This document shows, in pieces, positions 36,519-49,974 of a DNA stretch of 64,000 nucleotides (its first letter is position 1; each line of letters begins with the position of its first letter). The DNA is from Eledone cirrhosa. Lineage: Eukaryota. The stretch spans positions 74,524,001 through 74,588,000 of the forward strand of contig OZ024741.1 in assembly GCA_964016885.1 (NCBI GenBank), read 5' to 3'. The notes under the pieces are model-generated. The model ran no database searches. It saw only the letters and a program-made list of their open reading frames with translations, and was not told where the DNA came from. A program made the translations under genes and the position numbers.

Positions 36519-36811
36519 ATTTGGATGAATTTGGTGTTCCATTTGTCCTCAATATCCCTGAACCATGAGATGACTTCCTGAGTGCTGACCCAAAGGCTAA
36601 GTCTCGCATTTTGCTTGACTTTTGGTATAACACGGTCTATGATCTTTTTGCTGATTCTCCCTATGTCCGACTTCGTCAGGTTTATAAGCCTGATGGATAG
36701 TTTGCGGTCGAAGTCGGATTTATGGTCCTTCAGGGTGAAGTAGGGAGTCCGTGGGTCGAGAGGTTCAGTACGGTCAGCAACCCTCGAAGCTGGAGGTAAT
36801 TTGTTGTCCAT
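36519..36811 (-). mobile_element. Penelope-like element RT N-terminal fragment
   Basis: PYFTLKDHKSDFDRKLSIRLINLTKSDIGRISKKIIDRV...WVSTQEVISWFRDIEDK...FIQ matches the PLE RT motif pattern (LKDHK, RLINxxKSxIG, VIxWF). Stop-free and CpG-rich; flanked by TA runs. Confidence 0.8.
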
Positions 36812-37439
36812 CTAGATTTATGTCCCTCTAGATATATATAATTTTAAATAATTCCTTCAAAATAATTTTTTCCAAGAATGAATCAACTAACAATGAGGAA
36901 GCTTCTATATCTATAATTCCCAAAGTGGGCTGGAAGGTAAGGGATGGTGTTGTGGGAAGGCATGTGGTAGAAATGGATGAAATTGGCAATGAATACAAAT
37001 TGGTAGCAATTCATTAAACTGTTACCTTTAGTTATTCAATAAATGGTTAAATAAATATTAAATAGTAAAATTTCATTGTATTATTTTTTTATCGGCTATA
37101 CAGTAGGGGTTTTAGTGAAATATATTCTCTAATGAGAGGTGAGACATTTGTCCATACAAGTTTAGGAAACTTAACTGTACATTATCACTCAATCTTCTAT
37201 TTATAGCAGATAAATACTATCATCTTAATACAGGGAAAGGTACATTGGATAATGTAGTTCTAAATTTCTTACTGGAATACCTTTCATTGTAGATTTGCTA
37301 CATAAAGAAGGAAAGGAGCTATTTATGAGATCAAACCAAGGAAACTATTACTGATAATATTTGTTGGTTGTAAATCCAGCCTAAGATTAAAGGTGAAACA
37401 ATAGGAAATGGAATCGTGGGTGTGCAATGTCAGTAAATG

Positions 37440-37860
37440 AGATTTTCAATGACCAATGGTGATATTCACACAATGACATCTTTACCCACATATTCCTGGA
37501 AGGGTTGTAGAAGCAGGGTTCTCAAACCTGCCCTGCAGAGGGTCTTATTGGACGCAGCTGCCTCCATCATGTCCGACTGGATCTCCAAGTGAGACTAACC
37601 AAACTTAGATGTTATCCAACCATGTTGCTTGTTGTCTACCTCTGGGCCTCTTACTGGTTGGCTTTCACATGAAATCCTTCCTGCAATTCATTCCTTAAAC
37701 ATTCTAATCACATGTCCATAGTAGTGGCTCTACCTGAAGTGACTCCCTGAGCCGCACAACCTATGAAGTAATGTTACATCAGAGACTCTTCAGAGTGACT
37801 CCATTTCGGTTTTTGTATTTGTGGTTGTATTCTGTAGAACATTACACAAGATTCATCACC
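37440..37860 (-). pseudogene. Decayed RTE-type LINE C-terminal fragment
   Basis: Minus strand YYGHVIRM...KPTSKRPRGRQQATWLDN. Confidence 0.65.
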
Positions 37861-38109
37861 ATTGGTTAGATAGTAAGTTTGGCTTTTACACCAACCTCTC
37901 TTCTTCAAAACATTTGATTATTTTGAAAATGATTTGAAAATAATCGGCAATGTATTTCCTTAGAAATCTAGTACAGAAATAACTAGCAAATGAAAAGTAA
38001 TATCACCAATATATGTTTACTGAGATCAGATTACAATTGAAAAGGGTAAATAAATATATATAAAATGTTAGAATAAATGTATACAAATAATCTATATATT
38101 CATTCATTT

Positions 38110-39055
38110 AGTGCTACACACACGCACACACACACATTAGCACATACATACAAGCATGCAATACCTACATGAATACACACACAGCAGTATGATTGAATGC
38201 TAGAGAATTGTAGACATATCTAAATAAATATATAGGTTCAAGTTGACATCGTTCCACAATAATAATCATTCATGTAGCATTGGTAACACATGAAGAAAAG
38301 ATAAATCAGACATGTTTATGTGTGAAAACACTGATAGAAAGAGAAAGAGAGGAAGAGGGAGAATGTGTGTGGATATGTGTGAATGATAGGATGTGTGTTC
38401 ATGTAGGTGTTTGTGTAGTTGTGTGTATGAATGTGTAGCTGCGTGCTACACATTCATACACAGAGAGTGAGTGGTTGGATATCAGTTTGCATTTGAGTGT
38501 GTGTGTGTGTGTGTATATGTTTGACTTGATATGTGTCCGTCCATGCTTGTATGTGTTTGAGTGAATATGCATGTATGTTTGTGTAGTTGCATATAGAGGT
38601 GTGTAATTACATATGTGAATGGCTAAATATGAGTGTGGATATTTATGTCTGTGTGTAGCTGTGTGTGTAATATGTGAATACATAGGTTGGGGTGTAAACC
38701 TGAACAGATCTTTATCATTTTCCAAAAGATTCGAAAACAAACAAAATTAACAAAATTCACCTCGAGTGTATATTGCATGTGCTTGCACATATGTAATTAT
38801 ATATATATATATATATATGTATGTTTTTGTGTATAATGGCCGTTTATCTCTCTATCAGATGTTATCTAGCAATGAAATGAAAGTAACTGATATGAAATAT
38901 AATAGAGAAGCTTCCAGCCATGGCTAGCTATTGACAGATATCACAGTGGTAGCAGTCGATTACTTCTCATACAATACATAAACTCACACATATATTTATA
39001 CATACACACATACATATATGTGTATAAATATATACATCTCGCTTACTTTGATACA

Positions 39056-39088
<33 letters not shown>

Positions 39089-39270
39089 GTATATATATAT
39101 AAATAACTACACACACACACGTATATGTATATATCTACATTAACAATTCCAAGGAGTGATTGTTTATTTATCATAGAATACACACAAACACACACACACA
39201 TAAACACATGCCCTCCTCACACAAATATATGCACCAATACATGGACACACACATGTATATGTTTATAACT
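38110..39270. repeat. Extended CA/TG/TA low-complexity tracts
   Basis: Degenerate dinucleotide repeats; the source of the spurious His/Thr-rich ORFs. Confidence 0.85.
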
Positions 39271-39366
39271 GCATTAACAATTCCAGTGAATGATAATTAT
39301 TTCAAACTACTACAAGTGTATCTCTACATTATGCTTATGGAATTTACTACACCACTATAGCAGTCA

Positions 39367-39695
39367 AAGCTTGATGTTACAATAACAACAACTAGCTGAA
39401 AAGAGCTTAAGTGAGAGCTTGTTATTACAACATTAACAGCAAAAACATTAGCTGAAGAGAGCTTATGTGGAGCTTGATATTACAACAACAACAATAACAT
39501 TAGCTGAAGAGAGCTTAAGTGTGGGTTTATTATTACATCAATAACAACATTAGCTGAAGAGAAATTAAATGAGAGCTTGATGTTACAACATTAGCTCAAG
39601 AGAAATTAACTCAAATCTTGATATAACAACTTAAGAGCTTGATATAAAACAACTTCAATGAGAGTTTGATATTACTACAAGAACATTAGTTAAAG
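39367..39695. repeat. Minisatellite, ~45-55-bp unit, about 6-7 degenerate copies
   Basis: Unit GAGCTTGATATTACAACAACAAC..CATTAGCTGAAGAGAGCTTAAGT; single echoes at about 40612 and 40925. Confidence 0.85.
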
Positions 39696-41387
39696 ACATT
39701 TTTTTTTAGATTAATGTGACTTTATTATCACATATAAACTTAATTTTTATAATGAATAGGATTTACAAAAGAAACAAACCAATAAAATTTAGTCGGAGAA
39801 ATGAAAAAAAAAAAAAGATATGTACACTCAATTACACACTACAACAGAAATGACTAAGGACCATGAGGGCTGGTGCTATGTGGTGCTGAAGAAGACCTGG
39901 CATGTAGCATACAATGTGGCCAGACTTCCCCCATGTACTCTCCCTTCCACTAGGTGGTTGGTGATAGGAAGGCATCCAGCCAAAGAAAGCTTGCCAAATT
40001 TAGGGCTGTGAGGACCCTCAGTCATGTCAAGGACATGACAGTCTCTCTAGTGTTGGTGATCTACATGATAAACACACCGAGTATACACTGGAAAGTAGTT
40101 GGTTATAGGAAGGGCATCCAGCTGTAAAAAGCTTGCAAAAAAGTGTTAGGAGGACCTTCAGGTGTGTTAAATACATGACAACCTTTTCTGTGTGTCCAAC
40201 AGAACACGAGACTGTACATAAATGAGACGCAGATCCTTGGCCTGCTTGAGAGATCAATAGCCCTGCTTCAATACTGACTTGGTCTATGTAGACTTGTCTA
40301 CCCCTTGCTAGCAGAGAAGATGGTTGTTAAAATGATGACAATGATGATAACAAATAGGGAATGTTTGTATTGCCTTCAAAACATGTTTGATGCAAGCTAA
40401 GACATTCATAGCTTCCTGCAGCTGATTACCTTTATGAACATCATCTGATACTTCAGGAAAGTGAGTTTCCAACAATGTCAAAAACCAGCATTTCAAATAA
40501 CACAGGGTGAAAAATGTAGCTTACTGATAAATCATGGCATTTGAAAAATGTATTCTCTTCTGCTATGGATGCAGTGAGAAGGAGTGAAACAATTACTGAA
40601 CTCTCAATTCAAAGCTTGATATTACAACAATTACATTAACTAATGCCAACTTAACTCAGAGATACCGATCAATATCATCAAATCCATAGTAGTAGAAACA
40701 TCTAGTATCCTGGATCCCTAAACCACCTACCTAATTACTACAATTAGGATGAAGAAGGCCACCTGCAAGAATGAGCCCCATGAGTTGAACTGTTTCTTTC
40801 ATTTCCTTTCCTTTGTAATCCCCAAGAATAATGTATTCACCATTTTGTCCACTGAAGGACATAGATAGGTATGTTATCAATTAAAGGCATTTTTTTTTTA
40901 CAGTTGAATAAATACTAGAACACAACAGCATTAGCTAAAGAGGATTTGTGCCAAAGCTCGGTATTGCAAGACTATTTATAGGAGAAATAATAAAAAAGAA
41001 CAAGAAAAAGGAACAGAAGAACAAGAAGAAGGAGGAAAAGAAGAAGAAAATATTGTGAATGGGGAGAATTATATACACAATTTACTTAACATGAGCTTTT
41101 TATAATAGAATGATTGATTGCATATTTTGGCTAGAACTCTCTAAAGAACAGGACAGGTGTTTATAAATACACACACACATATATGTATATACATTTATAC
41201 AAAAACATGTCTGTCATCATCATCCATCATTATTTTTTGTGCATATTTTAATGCTGGAATGGGTTGTATGGGTTGCTACAGACCATGTTAGTACTTGATT
41301 GGAGCTATTGTCCTCTTAGATGTGTCAGAGGATCCGAATCACATTTGATACATATAAGTATGTGTGTGTGTTTACTATACAACACTA

Positions 41388-41521
41388 AAGAATATATCTA
41401 CAGATTTTGACTAAAACTATATATAAACCGATGTAAATACCTTTTCTTAAAATATAAATACAAGGTAATTTTATATCTATCTTTACAAAATGGGTTGGCT
41501 AAAATCTATAGATATATTCTG
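41388..41521. mobile_element. Small Tc1/mariner-type MITE
   Basis: AGAATATATCTACAGATTTT (41389-41408) and AAAATCTATAGATATATTCT (41501-41520), 1 mismatch; TA on both flanks. Confidence 0.6.
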
Positions 41522-41559
41522 TAATATAGGATAATATTTAAACAAAACAACATTCCTGT

Positions 41560-42180
41560 ATGTTAATGATATTGTATTTGTAGCCAAATCTGCAGAAGAC
41601 AGAGAAGAAATTCTGGACAAACCTAAGATTAAAAATCCTCAGAATAAATTTAAAAAAAAAGTAGAAAAGGAGACAAGATTCTGCTCTGTCCTCAGGCAAA
41701 TGTTAATGTTCAATATGAAGAAAAGGGCAGGTAGGGTGTACACAATGTAAACTATGTGGGATCAGAGACAGGCAAACAAAGGAGACCTAGTTAGCAGTGG
41801 AAGAGAGTGCTCTGAATAAGAATGGAAAAAGTTCAGAGTGCTATCACCTCTGTCAGCAACGAAAGGATTCTCTTTCTAAGTGAAGGGTGGATTGTATATG
41901 CCTGTATACAAAATGCAATGTTGCATGACAATGAGACATGCAAAGAGAGAGTAGAGGATGTAGAGCAGCAGTTAGAAAGAAAATAATCAAGCATGCTCCT
42001 TTGGGTGTGTAATGTTAGTGTATGAATTATAAATAAGGCACAAATGGGTTGAGAGGAAAACTAAGTATAATAGCAATTAAATGTTGTATGCAAGACTATA
42101 CTGGTACAGAAATGTAATGTGTAAGGATGATTGTTGGGGGAAGAGGGTCCGGGAGTTCCAAGTGGAAGGAAAATGTGGCA
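41560..42180 (+). pseudogene. Decayed RTE LINE fragment
   Basis: Remnants of RIRMEKVQS (RVRTGWKKFR), KGFSF*VKGGLY, AMLHDNET and LYWYRNVM. Confidence 0.65.
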
Positions 42181-44564
42181 GAAATAAAATTACTAAATCC
42201 CTCAAATTCTGCAATATTTTCAAAATTATTTGAAAATAATCAGTGTTTTCCATTAAAAATATAGTAACAAAAAGTTTGAATTGACTCCAGTACTGGACTT
42301 TATGTTACTGATGAAAGGCAACTTTACATTCTTAGTTTAAGGCTTCCTTCAGTCATGGCTGAACATGTGTTTTTCTTCTGGAAAATTCCTGTCCAAGGTG
42401 CAAAACTGGGTGAAGTCTTTTTATGGAAGGCTAGCAATCACTCCTGCATGCAATACATCTCTCTCCAAACTTCTGATGTTGTTCGAGAGAAAAGCAAAGG
42501 TAAATACAGCTTGGAATCAGTATCATTGCAGGTGAACTCAAAGAGAGATACAAAGTATCATGTCCAACTCTCTAATAATTTCACCAATACACCACCCTCG
42601 ACTGGTACTTTATCCAGCTTGAGAGAATTAAAGGTAAAGTTGAGCTCTGTGGGATTTAAACTTAGTACATAGAGAGTCAGATTAAATGCCACGAAACATT
42701 TTAATCCAATGTTGTAACAACTTTTTGTAAATTGCATTTTAAAGAGCATTTTGTTGAACGTTCTAATAATTTGCTATTTACAATCAATTCTAGACTAGCT
42801 ACTACATTCATATTTCCATATTTCAGCAGAAACATAATCAATTTAAAAGTAACATTTTAAATACCATTCTTATAATGAACTAGAAACAGATTTATATAAA
42901 TTAGCAGATTCAATAACTAGAAGCTCATCTCCATGAGAAGTGGTAATTAATCAAACTTGGCCAATGCAATTAGCCTTATATTTAAAATAGAAGTAATTAA
43001 AGATGTTTCGTGTTCAAAAATATATTGAAGATATAAAGGAAAATATAGATTTTAATCAAGTAACTGTCTGTCAATATTTTATTCAATAGTGTAATTGATG
43101 GATGGAGTTAACCACATACATAATTCCCTATTTTATCATTTCATGTAATGTTTCCATGGGTTGGACAGGTCGTTATAGACTAAGTCGACACTTAATCAGA
43201 GCTAATGTCCTAGAGGAGTCAAAAGCCATGTTTTGCATACATCTTAGTTTTGTCAGGGTTTCTACAGCTGGATGTCTTTTCAAATGCCAACAAATTTATA
43301 GGGCATATTGGGTGTGTTTTTTCATGGCACCAGTGCCTGGGGGTTGACATGAACATTGATGAGACTGAAGAATCCTCTCAACCATTTTTGATGTGTGGTG
43401 CTATGGCTGGATGTCATTCCTAACTCCAACCACTTTACAGAGTTTACTGGCTACATTTTATTGTGGTACCACAAATTAGCAATTCAGACATGTTACATAC
43501 CACTTAAGGATAAGCCAGAACATGTATGTTCTTCCCACATCATCCTATTTCACACTAAACCAACCACCTACCTGTACCAATAATTATCAAGTTGTAGCCA
43601 TCATATTACGCAGTTTCTCTATAACAAAAATCATTATATATATTTACACACACACACACATATATATGGAGAGAGAGAGATAATTGCCAATACACTAATA
43701 TGTTAATTAAACAATATATATACCTAGTAGTATTTATTTCAGCAGTTGCACATGTACTCCCTAGTCATTCATGCTATTGGTAATACAATGATTAGCGCTT
43801 TGGAAACCTATATCAAACAACGGTGTTGTTTACAACATACATGATACAAAATAATTTTATGTTGTGGGGAGGGGAGAATATTTGATAAAATCTGTATTGT
43901 ATCATTTACTTCAATTTAAAAGGGTTAATATGACAATATTTATTTTCTAACCAACCTATTTTTTCAACTAATAAAGTATTGTTAATTTTTTATCAGTTGT
44001 AAATCCTTAAGATGAAAAAATATCTAAGAATTTGTGAGAAAATAAAAATGAAATGAGAAAGTAAAATAAGAAGAATGACAACATTATAGAAGAAAACCAA
44101 ACAAAAAGATGAAATTGAATTTACAAATAACCATACACATACATATTATATATACAAACACATACATATATATACACACACAAACACACACACATATATA
44201 TTACGTCCAATTCCCAAAGTTCTGTGTGTGTGTATACTTTGTGTGCATTTGTGTGTGCATGTGTGTGAGGCAGCATTCAAAGTAACAAATCGGTATTCCA
44301 AAGCAAATTGTGTATTACCGTTAGCAATTCAAATTTGAATACTGTTAAAATCTAAAGCCATCGCAGCAACATTGTGAATAGAAGGCCAGTGGCAGAAACT
44401 CAAATATATATTGAAAATATGTAGAGAACCACTAATTATATATTCTGAATACTACAGATAACTGAGCTAATATCTTAAGCCAACATGAATGATTCCTACA
44501 TGGATGATTATGCAAGAAATAGTAGTAAAATCTCTTTCAAATCATGCAGCTACAACAGCAAGTG

Positions 44565-44768
44565 TTTTAAGGCCTTTCTGATACCAAACTGCCTGAAACT
44601 ACATCTGGTTCTATAATACAAAGCTGTTTACTTTAAGTGTTTGTATTTATCTAAAACCCTTCCATCATAATTTTAAGAGCATGTTTTATGTTCCAAACAT
44701 CAGTTTAATAATAAGAAAGTTAGTTATATTAATAAATACTCAGTTTTTGATTATTTAAAAAGGGTTAA
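44565..44768 (-). mobile_element. Family-1 MITE, reverse orientation
   Basis: TTAAGGCCTTTCTGATACCAAACTGCCTGAAACT ... AAAAGGG-TTAA. Confidence 0.65.
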
Positions 44769-45301
44769 GGTCCTTTTCCTTGCTAAAGCAGGTATTAGCT
44801 TTACAGGCCCTAATACAGGTTTTACACTGACCCTGACTGATTCACAGCCCATTGTTTGGGAAACTCTCACTAAGTTCCCAAGAGAGATATAGTGTATTTA
44901 TTCTAAACTAGTTAAATACCCTATTGTCTTGTAAAAGGAGTTACACATTAGATAAGTGTTTTCAGACCATTTTCACTGCATAAACAGGAGTAAGCTTTGT
45001 GAAACCCCATGACAGATTTCATACCCTACTCATCATTTTTCTTTTCTTTTGAGGCCATATTTTACAGCTGGATACCTTTCCTCATGCCAGCTCATCTGGC
45101 AACCACTTTCCCCCTAAACTACATGACCCAATGTGAAGAATACATTCTTCACCCTAGGCCATGTAGTTTAGGGGTCTAAACCTTGGTCTAACCAACAAGT
45201 ATAGACAAATTGCAAAAAAATACTAAATATTATAGTATACTGAATACAGTAATCAGACATAAGTAATATTCCCTTGTAAAACATAAATAAATGGTGTCAC
45301 A

Positions 45302-45789
45302 GTTGTTGTTTAGGTCAGTCCTGATCAAACAGACTATAGATAGAAATATTCCAGCCATGACCAGCCTTTTATTCAGACATAATATATCTAAAATTAGATT
45401 ACCAAATATGTCCTACATTTAACCATTTCCCTAGTATAATTCTAAAGAAAGATACTGCATTGAATTGCAGATAATTTTGAAAACGAAAACTTTTAAGGGA
45501 TTTACTAATATAACTAACTTTCTCATTATTAAGCCAATTTTTCTACCATAACATAATTGTTTTACATGAGATTAAGTTGGAAGTATTTTAGATAAATATA
45601 AATATTTTAAAATGAATAGTCCTGTATTGTAGAACAAGGGATGATTTCAGATGGGCTTGTGTCAAAGTGGTTAAACGAAGTAGTACATACTGGATAATGT
45701 CATTTAGAAAGAAAAAATAGATGGTCATGACTGGAATGTCTTTGATTATAGGTTTGCTTGTTCAGTGGCAACCTTAGTCTAAACAACAG
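45302..45789. repeat. Inverted pair of a dispersed repeat enclosing a family-1 MITE (~45419-45674)
   Basis: GTTGTTGTTTAGGTCAGTCCTGATCAAACAGACTATAGAT...ATTCCAGCCATGACCA versus TGGTCATGACTGGAATGTCTTTGATTATAGGTTTGCTTG...CTAAACAAC. Confidence 0.6.
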
Positions 45790-45829
45790 TTATGGAAACA
45801 TTGGAAGAAAACCATTCAGGAAGCTAAGA

Positions 45830-46200
45830 AAATTGTCTTGATCATTGCCACACAAGTAAACTACATGTGGTCATTGATGTAAAGCAGCAGTAGAACATGA
45901 CAAATGAATGCTAGTATGGAAAACTTCCAAAAGTAAGTGAGAAGATCAGAGAACTTTAACCCCATCTAAAAGGACATTGTGTATTACATCCTGAAGATAA
46001 TAAGGAGGATATCAGGTCACATGCATTAACAACCTGAAGAATATTGGACTGGAATCTACCTAGGAACTAATAGTGGCAATGACGAACAGAGAAGTGTGAT
46101 GGATTGACAACCTGAAGCAGGATACTAGCAAGGGATTTATCCAGGAATTGAAGATGGCAATAATGAACAGAGAAATGTGGATGGGATCTCTATTGCCTGG
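45830..46200 (+). pseudogene. RTE-group LINE C-terminal remnant with a duplicated end
   Basis: GHC..HPE...INNLK...AMTNREV repeated as IDNLKQDT...MAIMNREMW. Confidence 0.5.
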
Positions 46201-46377
46201 GCTTGTTATCAGCACCATCCTTTTCTCTACCATTTTTCTAATAAAAGACTGCCTACATTCTTGAAATTATTTTAAATAATCAAGAATTTAGGGGGATTTA
46301 GTAATATAACTATTGTTTTTATTATTAACTTGGTATTTGGAACAATGGAATAAATTATCTTACACAAAACAAATAAT

Positions 46378-46560
46378 TGTTTCTACTTTTGGCATAAGGC
46401 CAGCAATTACCCAGTGCATTACTGGTACTTTTTTTTATCGACCCCGTAAGGATGAAAGGTAAAGTTAACCTCGACGGGATTTGAACTCAGACCGTAAAGG
46501 GACGTAACTATGCTAGAAAGCATGGTGTCAAACCCTCTACCGATACTGCCAATTCACCGC
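46378..46560 (-). mobile_element. Young SINE family A inserted in a family-1 MITE (~46220-46630)
   Basis: 16-bp TSD ACACAAAACAAATAAT (46362-46377 and 46566-46581). Confidence 0.92.
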
Positions 46561-47198
46561 AATTCACACAAAACAAATAATGGAAGGTTTTTAGATAAAT
46601 ATAAACATTTAAAAAATAAACAGCTTCAGAGTCCTTTTTAAAGATGATATTAATACTTCAAATATAGTTAAAATATTTACATATAGTGTTTCAATCATTT
46701 TGATTTCAGGTTATGCTCAGGTATTTTATTTCTAGAAGTTGTATACAGAATCAGATTGGATTTGAACTAGGAAACCATACCAGAAAAATACATCAGCATA
46801 TGTGCGTATGTGGTTTGGTTGTGTGAGAGTATATGGTGGAAGCTAATCTGACAGCGAATAAATCTTACTAAGGCAAACCAAATTAAAGTGAAAAAAAAAT
46901 CTGTAAGATAAAATGAATTTAAAAGAACAGAGAAATATATAAATATAAAAGCTAAATCAGAAAGGAGCTGTACAGTAACAGATTTTAGTGACCCTATGTC
47001 TGCGTGAAAATAAACAGATGCAAAACTACTGATGGTTATATCAAAAGGGATATTACATGTTAGGAGTGAGCATATCAAATACCTACATCAAACAGTAATG
47101 ATGCATGATGATAAACAAAGATGAACCTGAGATGGACGAGGCATTTCTCAGGTGAATAAATAATTTCCTCCCTTAACACACACACATAAGTGTATGTA

Positions 47199-47249
<51 letters not shown>

Positions 47250-47754
47250 ATGTTCACACATATTTACATGCATATATATATATACACACACACATACATA
47301 TTCACACATATTTACATGCATATATATATGCAGATGTAAAAGAATGATGATATTTATATATACACACACACACTTCCACCACCACCACACCACATAAACT
47401 AAATAAAAGAAAAACGTCCCATGTTTACATGCAGTTAGTTACAAAAGATGTAAATTTAAAAGAAGCAGCAAATTTAGTAAATAAAGTCACACAATAATGT
47501 TATTAGTCATGGTGATTTATGAGACAATTAAGATGACATTTTGACATAGATAGAGAAATAAAGAAATAAAATAAAAGAAATATACAGGTGCAGACATGGC
47601 TAAATGGTTAAAATGTTTGCTTTGAAGCCAACACATTTTAGGTTTAGTCCTACCTGTATTTCCTATTGCAGCTTCCGTTTGAGGAATGCTGAATGGTTAA
47701 TGGAAACAGTACAGAAGATTCATGTATATATACATATATATATACATAATATAG

Positions 47755-48873
47755 GGTCAAAGAAGCAATCAAAGAGATGAATATCGGTAAAGCTGCAGGA
47801 CTGTCAGAGATAGATGCTGAGATGCTAAAAGTATCAAAAGTAGGATTCAAACTAGTAACTTGTGAGTGAATCGGGTAATACACTATGGAGTTATACCCAA
47901 TGACAGGCACATCAGTACAATCATAAATTACTTCAAGGGCAAATGTAATGCTCTAGAAAGGAGCAACTACAGAGGAATAAAACTAATGGACCATTAGCAC
48001 AACCAATTAAGGAAAGAGTCAAATTTGATGAGATGCAATTTGGTTTCATGCTTGGGAAAAGCACTACAGATGCCCTCTGCTTAGTGAGGCAACTACAAGA
48101 GAAGTTTCTAGCCAAGTATAAACCACTATATTAAGATTTTGTTGATCTAGAAAAGGCTTTTGTCAGAGTACCTTGATCTGTTATCTGGTGGTCGTTAAGG
48201 AAATTAGGTATAGAAGAATGGCTTGTGAGAGCAGTGCAAACCATGTACAGAGGAACTGTCAGTAAAGTGAGAGTAGGAAGTGAGTTTAGTGAGGAGTTCA
48301 AAGTAGAGGTAGGAGTTCATCAAGATTCAGTTTTTAGCCCACTGCTGTTAATAGTTCTCCAGGCCCCAACAGAGTAGTTTAAAACTGACTGTCCATGGGA
48401 ACTTATCTATGATTTGGTCCTTATAGCCAAACTCTAAAAGAAATAGAAAATAAGTTCTGACTATGGAAACAGAATTTGGAATCAAAATGTCTGAGAGAAA
48501 ACTTAGCCAAAACTAAAGTCCTAGTGAGTAGGAAAGAAGACAGGACTCTGATTGCAGAAAAGGAGTAGGTATAAACTCCATGTTGTGTACACAATGTAAA
48601 ACTTAGGGACACAACAGATGTATAATGAACAGACTAACAGGAAAGGAAGACTTTGTATATGGAAGATGCACAGAAGTAATCAAGGGGAGGAGCATCAGTG
48701 ATATAAACCTCTTCAAATCACATGAAGGGTTCATAGAAGTGTTTGATAGCTTCTGCAACCTGGGTGACTTAATTAGCAGCAGCGGAGGGTGCTCTGAGAG
48801 CATAACAGTTAGAAAAAGGACCCATCCAACACATGCGAGCATAGATAAACAGACATAAAAATGATGATGATGA
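47755..48873 (+). pseudogene. Decayed RTE LINE RT region, same family as 5131-6448
   Basis: VKEAIKEMNIGKAAG...EMQFGFMLGKSTTDA...FVDLEKAFVRVP...VGVHQDSVFSPLL...CPWEL...SFCNLGDLISSSGGCSES, with stops and frameshifts; internal deletion to the (GAT)n tail. Confidence 0.9.
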
Positions 48874-48902
48874 TATACCCAACATCATTATTTCATTACA
48901 GA

Positions 48903-49085
48903 CGGGAGGTGAATTGGCAGTATCGGTAGAGGGTCGGACATGCTTTCCAGTATAGTTACGTCCCTTTATGATCCGAGTTCAAATCTCTCTAAGGTTAACT
49001 TTGCCTTTCATCCTTACGAGGTCGATAAAATAAAGTACCAGTAATGTACTGGGTAATTGCTGGCCTTGTGCCAAAAGTAGAAACA
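48903..49085 (+). mobile_element. Young SINE family A
   Basis: 16-bp TSD ATTATTTCATTACAGA (48887-48902 and 49086-49101). Confidence 0.92.
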
Positions 49086-49473
49086 ATTATTTCATTACAG
49101 ATGAAACCAATACTCAAATATAGCTACTAACCTCTTGGACTTGTACCTTGCTCACACACTCTCCTGCACTCTACACAGCACTCATATGGGTCAAGGCACA
49201 CATATCACTCACATGTATTCCAGAGCTGTACTAAGTACATTTTATCGTTGCATCAGTATGAGGAAGGTTGTCATAACTTTGACACTGCTGAAAAGTCTGC
49301 TTGATCTTTTGTTTGGTAGGTTTTCTATGGTTGGATATCATTCCTATCATCAACTTTAGAGGGTTACTGCATTTAACATGTAGATTACCAACAGTAAGAA
49401 GGTTGTAATGGCTTTGACTCAACCGAAGCATACTCTAACCCTTTGTGAGTGTGTGTGTGTGTGTATGTATGCG

Positions 49474-49476
<3 letters not shown>

Positions 49477-49551
<75 letters not shown>
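49477..49551. repeat. (GA)n microsatellite
   Basis: About 75 bp of near-perfect GA repeat. Confidence 0.95.
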
Positions 49552-49553
<2 letters not shown>

Positions 49554-49974
49554 TACATTTACTTTTTGATAATATGTCTTGTAACTTTAGCAGAAATTTA
49601 TAAAATAAATACCAGACTTGAACAAAAAATAAGTAAAGTGATGAATGTAATTTACTAAATCCCTTCAAAGCAGTGCCTTAAGATGGACAGTGTAATGACT
49701 GAAACATGCAAAAGAAAGAGAATAAAGAAATGAAATAGAAAACAAAAACTAAAAACAACCTTATGAAGTCATTATTATACTAGAGGTGATATCTTCCCCA
49801 GAGAAAATCTCCAAATAATACATCACATTCTTAAGACAACAACTTACTTTTACTATTGCTGGTTATATATATATGTCTGTGTGTGTGTGTTTTCTTTCTT
49901 TTTTCCATATCTTTTTTTTTTACTCTTGTCTCTTTTCCTTCTCTCTGCTAGCCATTCTCATCTATCTATTTCTA

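Noticed and set aside
37514-37529. hAT-like TIR CAGGGTTCTCAAACCT
   Set aside because: No partner TIR or TSD found, and it lies within an RTE remnant.
38399-38740. 113-aa ORF and other His/Thr/Ile/Tyr-rich ORFs (e.g. 47075-47397, 49435-49668)
   Set aside because: Translations of CA/TA/GA microsatellites.
39367-39695. CRISPR-like array
   Set aside because: Degenerate head-to-tail units without unique spacers, no cas genes, eukaryotic context; likewise 52425-52610.
40660-40880. Penelope GIY-YIG end plus hammerhead (CTGAAGGA-CATA...TATG)
   Set aside because: Too decayed; no GAAA or stem I, and the peptide similarity is only suggestive.
47105-47151. Plus-strand first exon MMINKDEPEMDEAFL with AG|GTGAAT donor
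   Set aside because: Short, no homology, and no downstream plus-strand exon identified.
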